A stretch of DNA of 64,000 nt from Thermoanaerobaculia bacterium (GTDB taxonomy: Bacteria > Acidobacteriota > Thermoanaerobaculia > Gp7-AA8): positions 7,269-71,268 of the forward strand of contig DASWBH010000389.1 in the NCBI GenBank assembly GCA_036390755.1, read 5' to 3'. Every line of letters begins with the position of its first letter. Within the stretch, counting starts at the first letter, position 1. The notes beneath the pieces are model-generated. The model ran no database searches. It was not told the DNA's origin and saw nothing but the letters and a program-made list of their open reading frames with translations. Positions 27,296-38,509 of this stretch are shown here, piece after piece. A program made the translations under genes and the position numbers.

Positions 27296-27739
27296 TCAGG
27301 TCTCAGAACGCTGCACCGACAGGACCTTGCGGCGTAATTCGTCGGTAATTGCTACTTTAGACTGCGTTTCCCAGTCGAAAAGAACAACGACCACTTTTCC
27401 TTCAGCAGCAATTTGCTGGCCATTGTCTTTGCGTATCTCGTACAGGAAATCCATCGAGGTCGCACGCATGTCGCCGATCCGTACGCGGATTTCGATCGGC
27501 TCCATGCCGACCTGCAACTTGAAGTCGCATTCCGCACGCGCGACGATGAAGCCGACGTCGCGCGGCTCGCGGCCGCCTGTGAGCTCGAACCAGAGGAGGG
27601 TGCGCCCCCACTCGAAGTAGCTGAAATAGACCGCGTTGTTGAGGTGGCCGAACGCGTCGATGTCGCGAAGCATCACCTGGTACGGAACCACGTACCACCC
27701 ACCCTTCCAGCCACTGACGCCGATTGTCGGATAGGTCAT
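27296..27739 (-). CDS. Acyl-CoA thioesterase, hotdog fold (YbgC/4HBT family)
   Basis: MTYPTIGVSGW...RDIDAFGHLNNAVYFSYFEWGR..ARAECDFK.. is typical of 4HBT. 4-nt overlap with the HMG-CoA lyase gene. Confidence 0.7.
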   Translation of the reverse strand: MTYPTIGVSGWKGGWYVVPYQVMLRDIDAFGHLNNAVYFSYFEWGRTLLWFELTGGREPRDVGFIVARAECDFKLQVGMEPIEIRVRIGDMRATSMDFLYEIRKDNGQQIAAEGKVVVVLFDWETQSKVAITDELRRKVLSVQRSET

Positions 27740-28674
27740 TGTACCGCGGTGCTTTGCGGGACGACCGGCGCCTTCTGTCGCGTGCAGGCCTGCAGATACC
27801 GGCCGGGCAGCGGATGGTCGAGGAACGGCGCGATGACCTGCGACGCGGCGACGAGCTTCTTTAAATCGACGCCCGTTTCGATCGCCATCCCGTCCAGCAG
27901 GTAAATCAGATCCTCGGTCGCCATGTTGCCGGAGGCACCCGGTGCATACGGACAACCTCCGAGTCCGCCGGACGACGCGTCGAACGTGGCGATGCCCATT
28001 TCGAGTGCGGCGAGCGTGTTCGCCAGCGCGGTGCCGCGCGTGTCGTGGAAGTGCATGGCCAGCTTCGTTCGCGGAATGACCTGCAGCAGGACGCCGATGA
28101 CACCCTGCACCTGCATCGGCGTTCCGACGCCGATTGTGTCGCCGACCGAGACCTCGTAGCAGCCGAGGTCCAGGAGGCGCGCGGAGACTTCGAGGACTTT
28201 CTCCGGCGGGACGTCCCCTTCGTAGGGGCAGCCGAATGCCGTGGAGACGTAGCCGCGGACGCGCATCCCGTGCTCGAGCGCGCGCATCGCGACGGGAGCG
28301 TAGTTGTCGAACGACTCGTCGATCGACATGTTGATGTTCCGTTTGTTGAACGTCTCGGATGCCGCGGTGAAGATCGCGATCGACTGCACGCCCGCTTCGA
28401 TGGCGCGGTCGAGTCCTCTCATGTTCGGCACGAGCACCGGATACTCGACGCCGGGATCTTTCGGGATGTTGCGATACACGTCCCCGGTGTCGGCCATCTG
28501 CGGCACCCACTTCGGACTGACGAACGCACCCGCTTCGATGACGCGCAGCCCGGCGTCGCTGAGGGCGGTGATGTAGTCGATCTTCGTCTGCGTCGGAATG
28601 GTGACCTTCTCGTTCTGAAGGCCGTCGCGCGGACCCACCTCTACGACTTTCACTTCGTCAACTTGGATCTTCAT
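27736..28674 (-). CDS. Hydroxymethylglutaryl-CoA lyase
   Basis: ..VKVVEVGPRDGLQNEK.. with the full HMGL-like TIM barrel and ..HFHDTRGTALANTLAALEMG.. Confidence 0.9.
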   Translation of the reverse strand: MKIQVDEVKVVEVGPRDGLQNEKVTIPTQTKIDYITALSDAGLRVIEAGAFVSPKWVPQMADTGDVYRNIPKDPGVEYPVLVPNMRGLDRAIEAGVQSIAIFTAASETFNKRNINMSIDESFDNYAPVAMRALEHGMRVRGYVSTAFGCPYEGDVPPEKVLEVSARLLDLGCYEVSVGDTIGVGTPMQVQGVIGVLLQVIPRTKLAMHFHDTRGTALANTLAALEMGIATFDASSGGLGGCPYAPGASGNMATEDLIYLLDGMAIETGVDLKKLVAASQVIAPFLDHPLPGRYLQACTRQKAPVVPQSTAVQ

Positions 28675-29159
28675 TGCCTTCCATCGTTAACCGTTAACGA
28701 AACAAGTTCCACGCCCGGCTGCACCATTTCTCCTTCCGTGCAGTTCACAGATTCCACCACCCCATCGTACGGCGCCACGATCTGGTGCTCCATCTTCATC
28801 GCCTCGAGCACAACAAGCGCCGCGTTCTTCTTTACAACGTCGCCCGCCTTCACGAGTATTTTCAGCACCACGCCGGGCATCGGCGCGGCGGTCGAGTGGT
28901 CGCGGTGGTGCGTGTGCGCGCGCGAGCCCTTGTCGGAGACATCGGCCGTGTAGATCTCGCCGTCGAACGCAAAGCTGACCGTCGTCCCACGTACGACGAA
29001 CGGCACGACGTAGGACTTCCCGGCGGCGCGGATCTCCGCCTCGCTGCCCTTCGTGGCGACGAGCTCGATTTCGGCGTCGCCGCTTCGAAAGACACGGCCC
29101 TGGTGATCGACGGCGAGCTCGGTCTGCTTGCCGCCGATCGTGACGATCTTGTCGCTCAT
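28671..29159 (-). CDS. Biotin-requiring (biotinyl/lipoyl attachment) domain protein, BCCP-like
   Basis: C-terminal ..VLEAMKMEHQIVAPYDGVVESV.. contains the EAMKM biotinylation motif. The N-terminal roughly 90 aa are unassigned. Confidence 0.65.
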   Translation of the reverse strand: MSDKIVTIGGKQTELAVDHQGRVFRSGDAEIELVATKGSEAEIRAAGKSYVVPFVVRGTTVSFAFDGEIYTADVSDKGSRAHTHHRDHSTAAPMPGVVLKILVKAGDVVKKNAALVVLEAMKMEHQIVAPYDGVVESVNCTEGEMVQPGVELVSLTVNDGRQ

Positions 29160-29734
29160 CGCGCTCCCGAGTAACGGCTGCCGGGCGAATCGATTCCGAC
29201 GCCCGACGCGCAGAGCGGGCAATTCTGTTCCGCGTGCGTCTCGAGATCGAGCGAGAGGAGCGATTCGTAGGGAGCATCGAACGGCTTCGATTTTCCGCTG
29301 CGATTGAGAATCGACGCGAAGCCGACGACAACGCCGCCGTGCTCCGCGACCACGCGCGCCGCTTCGCGCGTCGACCTGCCGGTCGTCACCACGTCCTCGA
29401 CGATGACCACGCGCTCGCCCGGTTTGATTCTGAAGCCGCGGCGCAGCGTCATCTCGCCCTCTTTCCGTTCCGTGAACATCATCGGCACGCCGAGCGCCTC
29501 CGCCACGGTGTAGCCGATGATGAGGCCTCCCATCGCCGGCGCGACGATCTTCTGCGCGCGCATGGGTCGTACTTTCGCGGCCAGTGCCTCGCCGAGCGCC
29601 TTTGCGTTCCGCGGGTCCTGCAGGAGCAGCGCGCACTGCACGTAGCTCGGACTGTGCAATCCCGATGAGAGGCGGAAATGACCCTGAAGAAGCGCGCCCG
29701 TTTCGTGAAGAAGTGCGAGCACGTCGAGAGGCAT
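29156..29734 (-). CDS. pyrE: Orotate phosphoribosyltransferase
   Basis: ..LLQGHFRLSSGLHSPSYVQC.. and the PRPP motif VVIVEDVVTTGRS. Confidence 0.85.
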   Translation of the reverse strand: MPLDVLALLHETGALLQGHFRLSSGLHSPSYVQCALLLQDPRNAKALGEALAAKVRPMRAQKIVAPAMGGLIIGYTVAEALGVPMMFTERKEGEMTLRRGFRIKPGERVVIVEDVVTTGRSTREAARVVAEHGGVVVGFASILNRSGKSKPFDAPYESLLSLDLETHAEQNCPLCASGVGIDSPGSRYSGAR

Positions 29735-29774
29735 GGGCCGCGAGAATAGAATGGCGTCCGGAGAGAAGCAACCG

Positions 29775-30221
29775 ATGCCGAAGTTGACGGAACAGATCCG
29801 CGCCGACCTCACTGAGTCGATGAAAGCGCGGACGGCCGTGCGCACCTCGACGCTGCGCATGTTGCAGTCGGCGATGAAGTACCAGCAGATCGAGGCCGGT
29901 CACGAGCTGTCGGATGAAGAGGTGCTCGCCGTCATCCGCAAAGCGGTGAAGCAGCGCCTCGACTCGATCGAGCAATACACGAAAGGCAACCGTCCCGAGC
30001 TCGCGGCGAAAGAGCAATCGGAGCTCGATCTGTTGAAGACGTATCTGCCGGCCGAGTTGACCGACGCGGAGCTCGAGTCGGGACTGCGCGACATCATCTC
30101 CTCGACCGGCGCGCAATCGAAAAAGGACCTTGGCAAAGTGATGAAGGAAGCGACGGCAAAGTACAAAGGGCGCGCGGACGGGAAGAAGATTCAGGAGATT
30201 GTGAGCAGACTGCTGACATAG
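29775..30221 (+). CDS. GatB/YqeY domain protein
   Basis: MPKLTEQIRADLTESMKARTAVRTSTLRMLQSAMKY.. A GGAGAGAAG SD lies 6 nt upstream of the start. Confidence 0.85.
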   Translation: MPKLTEQIRADLTESMKARTAVRTSTLRMLQSAMKYQQIEAGHELSDEEVLAVIRKAVKQRLDSIEQYTKGNRPELAAKEQSELDLLKTYLPAELTDAELESGLRDIISSTGAQSKKDLGKVMKEATAKYKGRADGKKIQEIVSRLLT

Positions 30222-30222
30222 T

Positions 30223-30310
30223 GTCATTCTGAGCGCCGTAGAGCGCGAAGAATCTGGGCGGTGGATTGCCACCTCCCAGATTCTTCGCCGTCTTCGCGGC
30301 TCAGAATGAC
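30223..30310. repeat. Imperfect palindromic repeat of about 88 bp, family 1 copy 2, filling the yqeY-moeB spacer and contributing the moeB ATG
   Basis: gtcattctgagcgccgtagagcgcgaagaatctggg...cccagattcttcgccgtcttcgcggctcagaATGac. It begins 1 nt after the yqeY TAG stop. Confidence 0.8.
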
Positions 30311-31424
30311 TCTCACCGACCACGAACGCACTCGCTACTCGCGCCACTTGCTCCTTCCCGAGATCGGCGAAGAAGGACAGGAGAAGCTCAAGCGCGCCTC
30401 AGCGCTCATCGTCGGCGTCGGAGGCCTCGGCAGTCCGGTGGCGATGTACCTGACCGCCGCCGGCGTCGGCAGGCTCGGTCTCGTCGACTTCGATACCGTC
30501 GATGAGACGAATCTGCAGCGCCAGATCCTGTTCGGCGAATCGGCCGTCGGCGAGCGCAAGCTCGACGCGGCCTGGAAGCGCCTGCGCGACATGAACCGCA
30601 ACCTGCGCATCGAGACGTTCAACGACCGACTCACATCGCGCAACGCCATGCCGCTGATGGAGCCATACGACATCATCCTCGACGGCACCGACAACTTCGC
30701 GACGCGGTATCTCGTGAACGACGCCTGCGTCATGCTGGGCAAGCCGAATGTTTACGCGTCGATTTATCGATTTGAAGGACAGGTATCGGTCTTCGATGCG
30801 ACGAAGGGACCCTGCTATCGCTGCCTGTATCCTGATCCGCCGCCGCCGAATCTCGTCCCTTCCTGCGCGGAGGGCGGAGTTCTCGGCGTGCTGCCGGGAG
30901 TCGTCGGCTGCTTACAGGCGACCGAAGCGATCAAGATGATCACCGGAGCGGGAGAACCGCTGATCGGAAGGATGCTGCTCTTCGACGCGCTGCGCATGAG
31001 CTTCCGCTCGCTGCGCGTGCCCAAGAATCCGAATTGCAAAGTGTGCGGACCGGATCCCGAGATCCGGCAACTGATCGACTATGAGGAGTACTGCGGACCC
31101 TTGAACAACATGGAAATTACGGCGCGGGAACTGGCCGATCGCATCGCGCGCGGGGAGCGGCTGTTCCTTCTCGACGTGCGCGAGCCGATCGAGTGGGACG
31201 CCGGCCATCTCGAACACGCGACGCATATCCCGCTGCAGCAGGTGCCGCGCAGTCTGGACTCGCTGCCGCACGACACCGAGATCGTCGTCTACTGCCGGAG
31301 CGGCGGACGGAGCGGCCGCGCCCAGCAGTACATGCTCAGCAACGGCTTCAAGAGCGTGAAGAATCTCGCCGGCGGACTTATCGCCTGGGCGCGCGAAGTC
31401 GATCCTTCGGTGAAGGTTCGCTAG
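30306..31424 (+). CDS. moeB: Molybdopterin/thiamine-biosynthesis adenylyltransferase with C-terminal rhodanese domain (MoeZ/MoeB-like)
   Basis: ..RYSRHLLLPEIGEEGQEKLKRASALIVGVGGLGSP.. ThiF/MoeB fold with CxxC pairs, and a C-terminal rhodanese (..VVYCRSGGRSGRA..). The ATG lies inside the repeat arm. A longer GTG-initiated ORF from 30261 also reads through the repeat. Confidence 0.85.
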   Translation: MTLTDHERTRYSRHLLLPEIGEEGQEKLKRASALIVGVGGLGSPVAMYLTAAGVGRLGLVDFDTVDETNLQRQILFGESAVGERKLDAAWKRLRDMNRNLRIETFNDRLTSRNAMPLMEPYDIILDGTDNFATRYLVNDACVMLGKPNVYASIYRFEGQVSVFDATKGPCYRCLYPDPPPPNLVPSCAEGGVLGVLPGVVGCLQATEAIKMITGAGEPLIGRMLLFDALRMSFRSLRVPKNPNCKVCGPDPEIRQLIDYEEYCGPLNNMEITARELADRIARGERLFLLDVREPIEWDAGHLEHATHIPLQQVPRSLDSLPHDTEIVVYCRSGGRSGRAQQYMLSNGFKSVKNLAGGLIAWAREVDPSVKVR

Positions 31425-31926
31425 CTGCGCGCTGCGGCGCGACGCTCACGTCATGCCGGTCGCGGCCGAACAGGACCACGATCGATTTGCCGATGGCACG
31501 GCCGGTCGTCGACCCCTCGACGATCGCGACGCCGCAGTCCCGGTACATCGGCGAGAGGATGTTCTCCCGGTGTCCGTTCGACTCCATCCACGCGTCGACG
31601 AGGACCTCAGTCGTCTCGAAGCCCGCGGCGAGGTTCTCGCCCGCGAACTGGTAGTCGTAGCCGCGCGGGCGGAGGTACTCGAACGGCTCGCGGCCCTGCG
31701 GCGACACGTGATTCCAGTAGCTCTGGTCCTCCATGTCCTCTACGCGGTCGTCCGCAGCCTCGTCGAGGCGGGCGTCTTCGTGCAGCGGCGGCAAGCCGAA
31801 CGCTGCGCGGCGCACATTCATCTCCGACACCACGGACGCACGCGTGATGTCGGACGCGAACGCGCCCGTCGCGACAAGCGCGACGGCGAGGACGAGGAAC
31901 TTCCGCATGTTGCGATGAAAACGCAT
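31378..31926 (-). CDS. Secreted CAP/SCP/PR1-like domain protein
   Basis: Signal peptide MRKFLVLAVALVATGAFA. CAP motifs (..HVSPQGREP.., ..GENLAAGFETTEVLVDAWMESNGHRENILSPMYRDCGVA..). The 3' end overlaps moeB by 47 nt (convergent). Confidence 0.6.
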   Translation of the reverse strand: MRFHRNMRKFLVLAVALVATGAFASDITRASVVSEMNVRRAAFGLPPLHEDARLDEAADDRVEDMEDQSYWNHVSPQGREPFEYLRPRGYDYQFAGENLAAGFETTEVLVDAWMESNGHRENILSPMYRDCGVAIVEGSTTGRAIGKSIVVLFGRDRHDVSVAPQRAASEPSPKDRLRAPRR

Positions 31927-31946
31927 GAAATAGGGGACGTGCTTCC

Positions 31947-33134
31947 CTACCGGCTGTTGTCGGGACGAACGCGCAGGAAAAACGTGCAAGCCTTCCCGGT
32001 CTTCGACTCGGCCCAAACCGCCCCGCCGTGGTTCACCGCGAATTCGCGGCAGCGGAACAGACCGCGTCCGGTTCGCTCCGGCGCCGCGGCATTCCAGACA
32101 AACGACGGCTCGAAGATGACATGGCGCAGGCTCTCCGGAACGAGCGGACCGTTGTCCATGACGAAGAACAGGAGGAGCGGCTTCTGCTTGTGCTCCATCC
32201 AGCGAACGCCGATGACGACCTGGCCGCCTGCCGGAACGTAGTGCAGCGCGTTGTCCATCAGAATCGCCAACGCCTCGCCGAGCTGATCGTGATCGGCGAG
32301 CCGCGCGTCGAGGTCCTGCACGTCGACCTGGAGCCGGATGGCTTTGAGGTCCGCGTGGGGGATGAAGCGATCGGCGACGCGGCGCACGACTTCGGTCACG
32401 GTCGGAACAGGCCGCGCGCTCGTCGAACGTTCCGAGATGCCCGGCGCGAGCTCGAGTGACGAGAGGATCTGCTCCAGTGTCCCCGCGGAGTCATCGAGCA
32501 GCGGATCCGATGGCCGCGTTTGTGAGGCTGCGAGCAGCGACTCGCGCATCGAGCGCAGCGGCCCGAACACCGTCTCGCGAACGTACGTGATGAACGACGC
32601 GTGCGACTCGTCGATCGGATCGGTGGGGCGAAAAACGAGCACCGCGCCACCCGCGCCGCCGGACATCGGGACGAGCGAGTAGAGGATGTTGCGATCGCGG
32701 ATCCGCATGCCGGCGGACGTCGGCACCGACAAGTCGCCGATGCGCAATCCCGTCTTCTCTTCGATGAACCGGACGCTCGCCAGATCCGCCAGCGAAGCTT
32801 CGAACAGCGCCTTCGCTTCGTCCGAAATGAACTTCACGCTTTTGTCAGGTCCGAGAAGGATCGACGGAACGCCCGCGGCGACGAGAACATTGACGACGCT
32901 CGTGATCGCGGGCGATGCCGCTTCGACCGGGAACGGAACGATGGGCGCTTTCGGGAACGGGTCGAGCGCGTGTGCGTTCTCTGTCCGGGCGACCGAGGGT
33001 TCAGAAGCAGCTGCGCGCGTTGCCGGCTGTGCTGCCGCGCCCCCGTCAGCCCTCGGCTTGCGCGGCTTGTCGCATTTTTCGCAGAGGATCCCCGAAGGGA
33101 TCTCAGTGCCGCACATGAAGCATTTCCGAGCCAT
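31947..33134 (-). CDS. Histidine-kinase-like ATPase (HATPase_c) domain protein with N-terminal zinc ribbon; no recognisable HisKA/H-box
   Basis: N-terminal CFMCGTEIPSGILCEKC. C-terminal N-, G1- and G2-box-like motifs (..MDNGPLVPE.., ..FEPSF.., ..TGRGLFRCREFAVNHGGAVWAES..). Confidence 0.55.
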   Translation of the reverse strand: MARKCFMCGTEIPSGILCEKCDKPRKPRADGGAAAQPATRAAASEPSVARTENAHALDPFPKAPIVPFPVEAASPAITSVVNVLVAAGVPSILLGPDKSVKFISDEAKALFEASLADLASVRFIEEKTGLRIGDLSVPTSAGMRIRDRNILYSLVPMSGGAGGAVLVFRPTDPIDESHASFITYVRETVFGPLRSMRESLLAASQTRPSDPLLDDSAGTLEQILSSLELAPGISERSTSARPVPTVTEVVRRVADRFIPHADLKAIRLQVDVQDLDARLADHDQLGEALAILMDNALHYVPAGGQVVIGVRWMEHKQKPLLLFFVMDNGPLVPESLRHVIFEPSFVWNAAAPERTGRGLFRCREFAVNHGGAVWAESKTGKACTFFLRVRPDNSR

Positions 33135-33194
33135 CTTTTGGAGCGAACCCAGGACCGTAAAGTTTACGCCCGAAGTGGGATAGAGTCACGGCCG

Positions 33195-34055
33195 ATGAAG
33201 CACATCGTTGTGATCGGCAGCGGCACGATGGGAAACGGAATCGCTCACACCGCCGCGGCCGCCGGTTTCGACGTGACGCTCGTCGATGTGGAGCAGGGCA
33301 TCCTCGACCGGGCCCTGTCGACGATTGCGGCCAATCTTCAGCGCGGAGTCGACAAAGGGCGCATGACGGCCGAGGAGAAACAGGCGGTGCTGGGGCGGAT
33401 CAAATCGACGACCGGGGACCGCGCGGTCGCCGGCGCAGACATCGTCATCGAGGCGATCATCGAGAACCTCGCCGCAAAGATCCAGATGTTCCAGAAGCTC
33501 GACAAGATCACCCCGCCGGACTGTATTCTCGCTTCGAATACGTCATCAATATCGATCACGAAAATGGCGGCTGTTACGAGCCGGCCGGACAAAGTCATCG
33601 GCATGCATTTCATGAATCCGGTGCCCGTCATGACGTTGGTCGAAGTGATCCGCGGCATCGCGACCTCGGACGAGACGTATCGCCAGGTCGAAGAGCTGGC
33701 CAGGCGGATGGGCAAGACGGCCATCGAGGTAAACGATTACCCCGGCTTCATATCCAATCGGGTATTGATGCCGATGATCAACGAGGCGATCTTCGCGCTG
33801 TACGAAGGCGTCGCTACAGCGGACAGCATCGACGGGGTGATGAAGCTGGGGATGAATCACCCCATGGGCCCGTTGACGCTCGCCGACTTCATCGGCCTCG
33901 ACGTCTGCCTCGCCATCCTGCGCGTGCTCGAAGACGGATTCGGCGATCCCAAATACCGTCCATGTCCTCTGCTCGTCAAAATGGTCGATGCCGGATGGCT
34001 CGGAAAGAAAAGCGGCAGAGGGTTTTACGACTACAGGAAGGCCGCGGCCGGATAA
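33195..34055 (+). CDS. hbd: 3-hydroxybutyryl-CoA dehydrogenase / 3-hydroxyacyl-CoA dehydrogenase
   Basis: MKHIVVIGSGTMGNGIAHTAAAAGFDVTLVDV.. The full-length match includes ..PGFISNRVLMPMINEA.. Confidence 0.9.
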   Translation: MKHIVVIGSGTMGNGIAHTAAAAGFDVTLVDVEQGILDRALSTIAANLQRGVDKGRMTAEEKQAVLGRIKSTTGDRAVAGADIVIEAIIENLAAKIQMFQKLDKITPPDCILASNTSSISITKMAAVTSRPDKVIGMHFMNPVPVMTLVEVIRGIATSDETYRQVEELARRMGKTAIEVNDYPGFISNRVLMPMINEAIFALYEGVATADSIDGVMKLGMNHPMGPLTLADFIGLDVCLAILRVLEDGFGDPKYRPCPLLVKMVDAGWLGKKSGRGFYDYRKAAAG

Positions 34056-34080
34056 CGTGTTTTAATCCGCGCACAAACCC

Positions 34081-35934
34081 ATGCTTTGTCAAACCTGCAG
34101 CGCCTACAACGAAGACGATCGCGAGTATTGCTACCGGTGCCAGAACAAGCTTCTCGTGCTTTCCGGCCCCGTTTCTTTCGAAGAAGACGAGGTTGAGGAT
34201 TACGAGGACGAAGGCGATCTTTCGCTCGATGAGCACCTGCTCGAGCGCGTCTCGGCCATCGAAGAAATCGTCAAGCGCTCCGCCGAGACGATCCGCACGC
34301 TCGTCGATGCCATCCAGAAGCACGAGCGCGCCATCTTCATCAACCAGACCGGTCTTCTCTCGGTCAAGGAAATCCTGGAGAAGAAGAACGTCCTCTCCAG
34401 CGACGAAGTCGTCGAGCTGTGGGAATCGAAGATGGGCGAGCAGATGCTCGCTCTGGAGAAGAAGCAGCGCTTCACCGAGCGGAAGGACCGGATCATGTCG
34501 CTCTTCCGCGGCGAGAAGCGCGACCGCTTCCTCCAGCTCCTCGCTGACGCCGAATCGGCGATCGATGCGTTCGATCCCGACCGCGGGATGAAGGCGCTGG
34601 AAGAAGCGTTCAAGCTCGACCGCGACAACTACGAGCTCTCCTTCTTCCTCGGCGAGATGTTCTTCAACGACGGCAATCTCGACCGCGCGAAGTCGTACCT
34701 CGAGCGAACGCTCGAAGTGCAGCCCGATCACTTCGACGCCGCCGTGTTCTACGGCGTGCTGCTTCACGAGCGTCAGGACCTCAAAGGCGCCGAGCGCTGG
34801 CTGCGCCGCGCCATCCAGATCTCACAGGAGTCGTTCCTCCCGTACTTCTCGCTCGGCGCGATCTACGCGCGCAAGGGAAAGCTGCTCCGCGCGCAGAAGT
34901 TCCTCGAGAAGGCGATTCAGCTCGAAGCGATCCCGCAGGCGTTCTTCCTTCTCGGCACGATCTTCTACGAGAAGGGGCAGCTCGAGCGCGCGATCCGCTC
35001 GTTCCAGGGTGCGCTGAAGCTCGACCCCGATTACGAGGAAGCGATTTACCACCTCGGCCTCTGCTATCTCGATCGCAACTGGAACCGCAAGGCGATCGAC
35101 TGCTTCCAGGAAGCGCTCGAGCTCAATCCCAACAAGATGGAGTACCAGCAGGCCGTCAAGATCTATGAGGGCATCTCCGGCCACGTTCCGCTGGAAGGTC
35201 CTGCCGCCGCGGAGTTCGGCGAGGCCGAGACGCTCGTCAACCAGGGGAACTACAACGAAGCGCTCGATCATTACCGCCGCGCGTCGCAGGAAGATCCCGA
35301 GAACGTCAACATCCTGATGCCGTACGCGCTTCTCTGCTCGCACCTCGACATGAACAGCGAGGCCATCGCCGTGGCGCGGCGCATTCTCAAGCAACAGCCG
35401 ACCGAGGTCGTCGCCGCCGCCGCATACACGACGCTCGTCGAAGCGTTGCGCGCGGAAGGGAACTTCAAGGACGCGAATCGCGCGCTGGAAGACATGCTGC
35501 GCGATTACAACTCGAATTACGCGAAGTCGATCGCGTACTACGAGAGGGCGTACAACCTCGCCGAGATGGAAGAGAACCTCGACGAAGCGCTCGAAAGCGC
35601 GCAACTCGCGCTCCGTTACTCGCCGAAGGAGCTCCGCCAGTTTCCGTTGGCCGCACTCGGCTGGGTGTACTTCAAACGGCGCGACTTCAAGAGCGCGGTC
35701 GACTTCCTCACCAAGTCTGCCGACATCGGCCCGACGTCGACGAACCTCATGCACCTCGGCATGGCACTGCTCGAGAGCGGCGACAAGGATCGCGCCCGCG
35801 CCGTCTTCCGCAAGGCCAAGACGTTCAAGACGAAGGGCGCGGGCCTCGAAGAGAAGATCCTCGAGCAGGTGCGCTCGACGACCAAGCTCATCGACCGCCT
35901 GCATCAGCGGCGGCGGCGGGCGACGTCGAAGTGA
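34081..35934 (+). CDS. Tetratricopeptide-repeat protein with N-terminal zinc ribbon
   Basis: N-terminal CQTCSAYNEDDREYCYRCQNK, followed by multiple TPR units (..AIYHLGLCYLDRNWNRKAIDCFQEALELNP..). Confidence 0.7.
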   Translation: MLCQTCSAYNEDDREYCYRCQNKLLVLSGPVSFEEDEVEDYEDEGDLSLDEHLLERVSAIEEIVKRSAETIRTLVDAIQKHERAIFINQTGLLSVKEILEKKNVLSSDEVVELWESKMGEQMLALEKKQRFTERKDRIMSLFRGEKRDRFLQLLADAESAIDAFDPDRGMKALEEAFKLDRDNYELSFFLGEMFFNDGNLDRAKSYLERTLEVQPDHFDAAVFYGVLLHERQDLKGAERWLRRAIQISQESFLPYFSLGAIYARKGKLLRAQKFLEKAIQLEAIPQAFFLLGTIFYEKGQLERAIRSFQGALKLDPDYEEAIYHLGLCYLDRNWNRKAIDCFQEALELNPNKMEYQQAVKIYEGISGHVPLEGPAAAEFGEAETLVNQGNYNEALDHYRRASQEDPENVNILMPYALLCSHLDMNSEAIAVARRILKQQPTEVVAAAAYTTLVEALRAEGNFKDANRALEDMLRDYNSNYAKSIAYYERAYNLAEMEENLDEALESAQLALRYSPKELRQFPLAALGWVYFKRRDFKSAVDFLTKSADIGPTSTNLMHLGMALLESGDKDRARAVFRKAKTFKTKGAGLEEKILEQVRSTTKLIDRLHQRRRRATSK

Positions 35935-35956
35935 CCGCGCGCGGAGACGCGCGTGA

Positions 35957-38206
<2,250 letters not shown>

Positions 38207-38302
38207 CTCGCGTCGCGCATCTTAGCAACGCCGGGAACGCTTATTTGATTCGGAGTGTTGTTCACGTTACTCTTTGCTCTTGCCGCAAGCTTGGGAGGCT
38301 TC

Positions 38303-38503
38303 ATGTTTGGTCTAGGTGTCCCGGAACTTCTTCTCATCCTCGTCATCATCATCGTCATTTTCGGCGCCGGGAAGCTGCCTCAGCTCGGCAAGGGTCTCGG
38401 CGAAGGGATCTCGAATTTCCGCGAAGGTCTGAGCAAGGGAAAGAACGAGCCGGCGCCGAAGAAGCCGGTCGACGACAACAACCGTCCGCCACTCGGTTCC
38501 TAA
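38303..38503 (+). CDS. tatA: Twin-arginine translocase subunit TatA/E
   Basis: [52 protein letters not shown] lies upstream. Confidence 0.85.
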   Translation: MFGLGVPELLLILVIIIVIFGAGKLPQLGKGLGEGISNFREGLSKGKNEPAPKKPVDDNNRPPLGS

Positions 38504-38509
38504 CGGGGG

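Noticed and set aside
28671-30347. 558-aa minus-strand ORF spanning the biotin-protein and pyrE region and the repeat
   Set aside because: It is a frame artefact. The real genes are the 162-aa biotinyl protein (28671-29159) and pyrE (29156-29734) in other frames. The long ORF's N-terminal part is the reverse-strand reading of the palindromic repeat.
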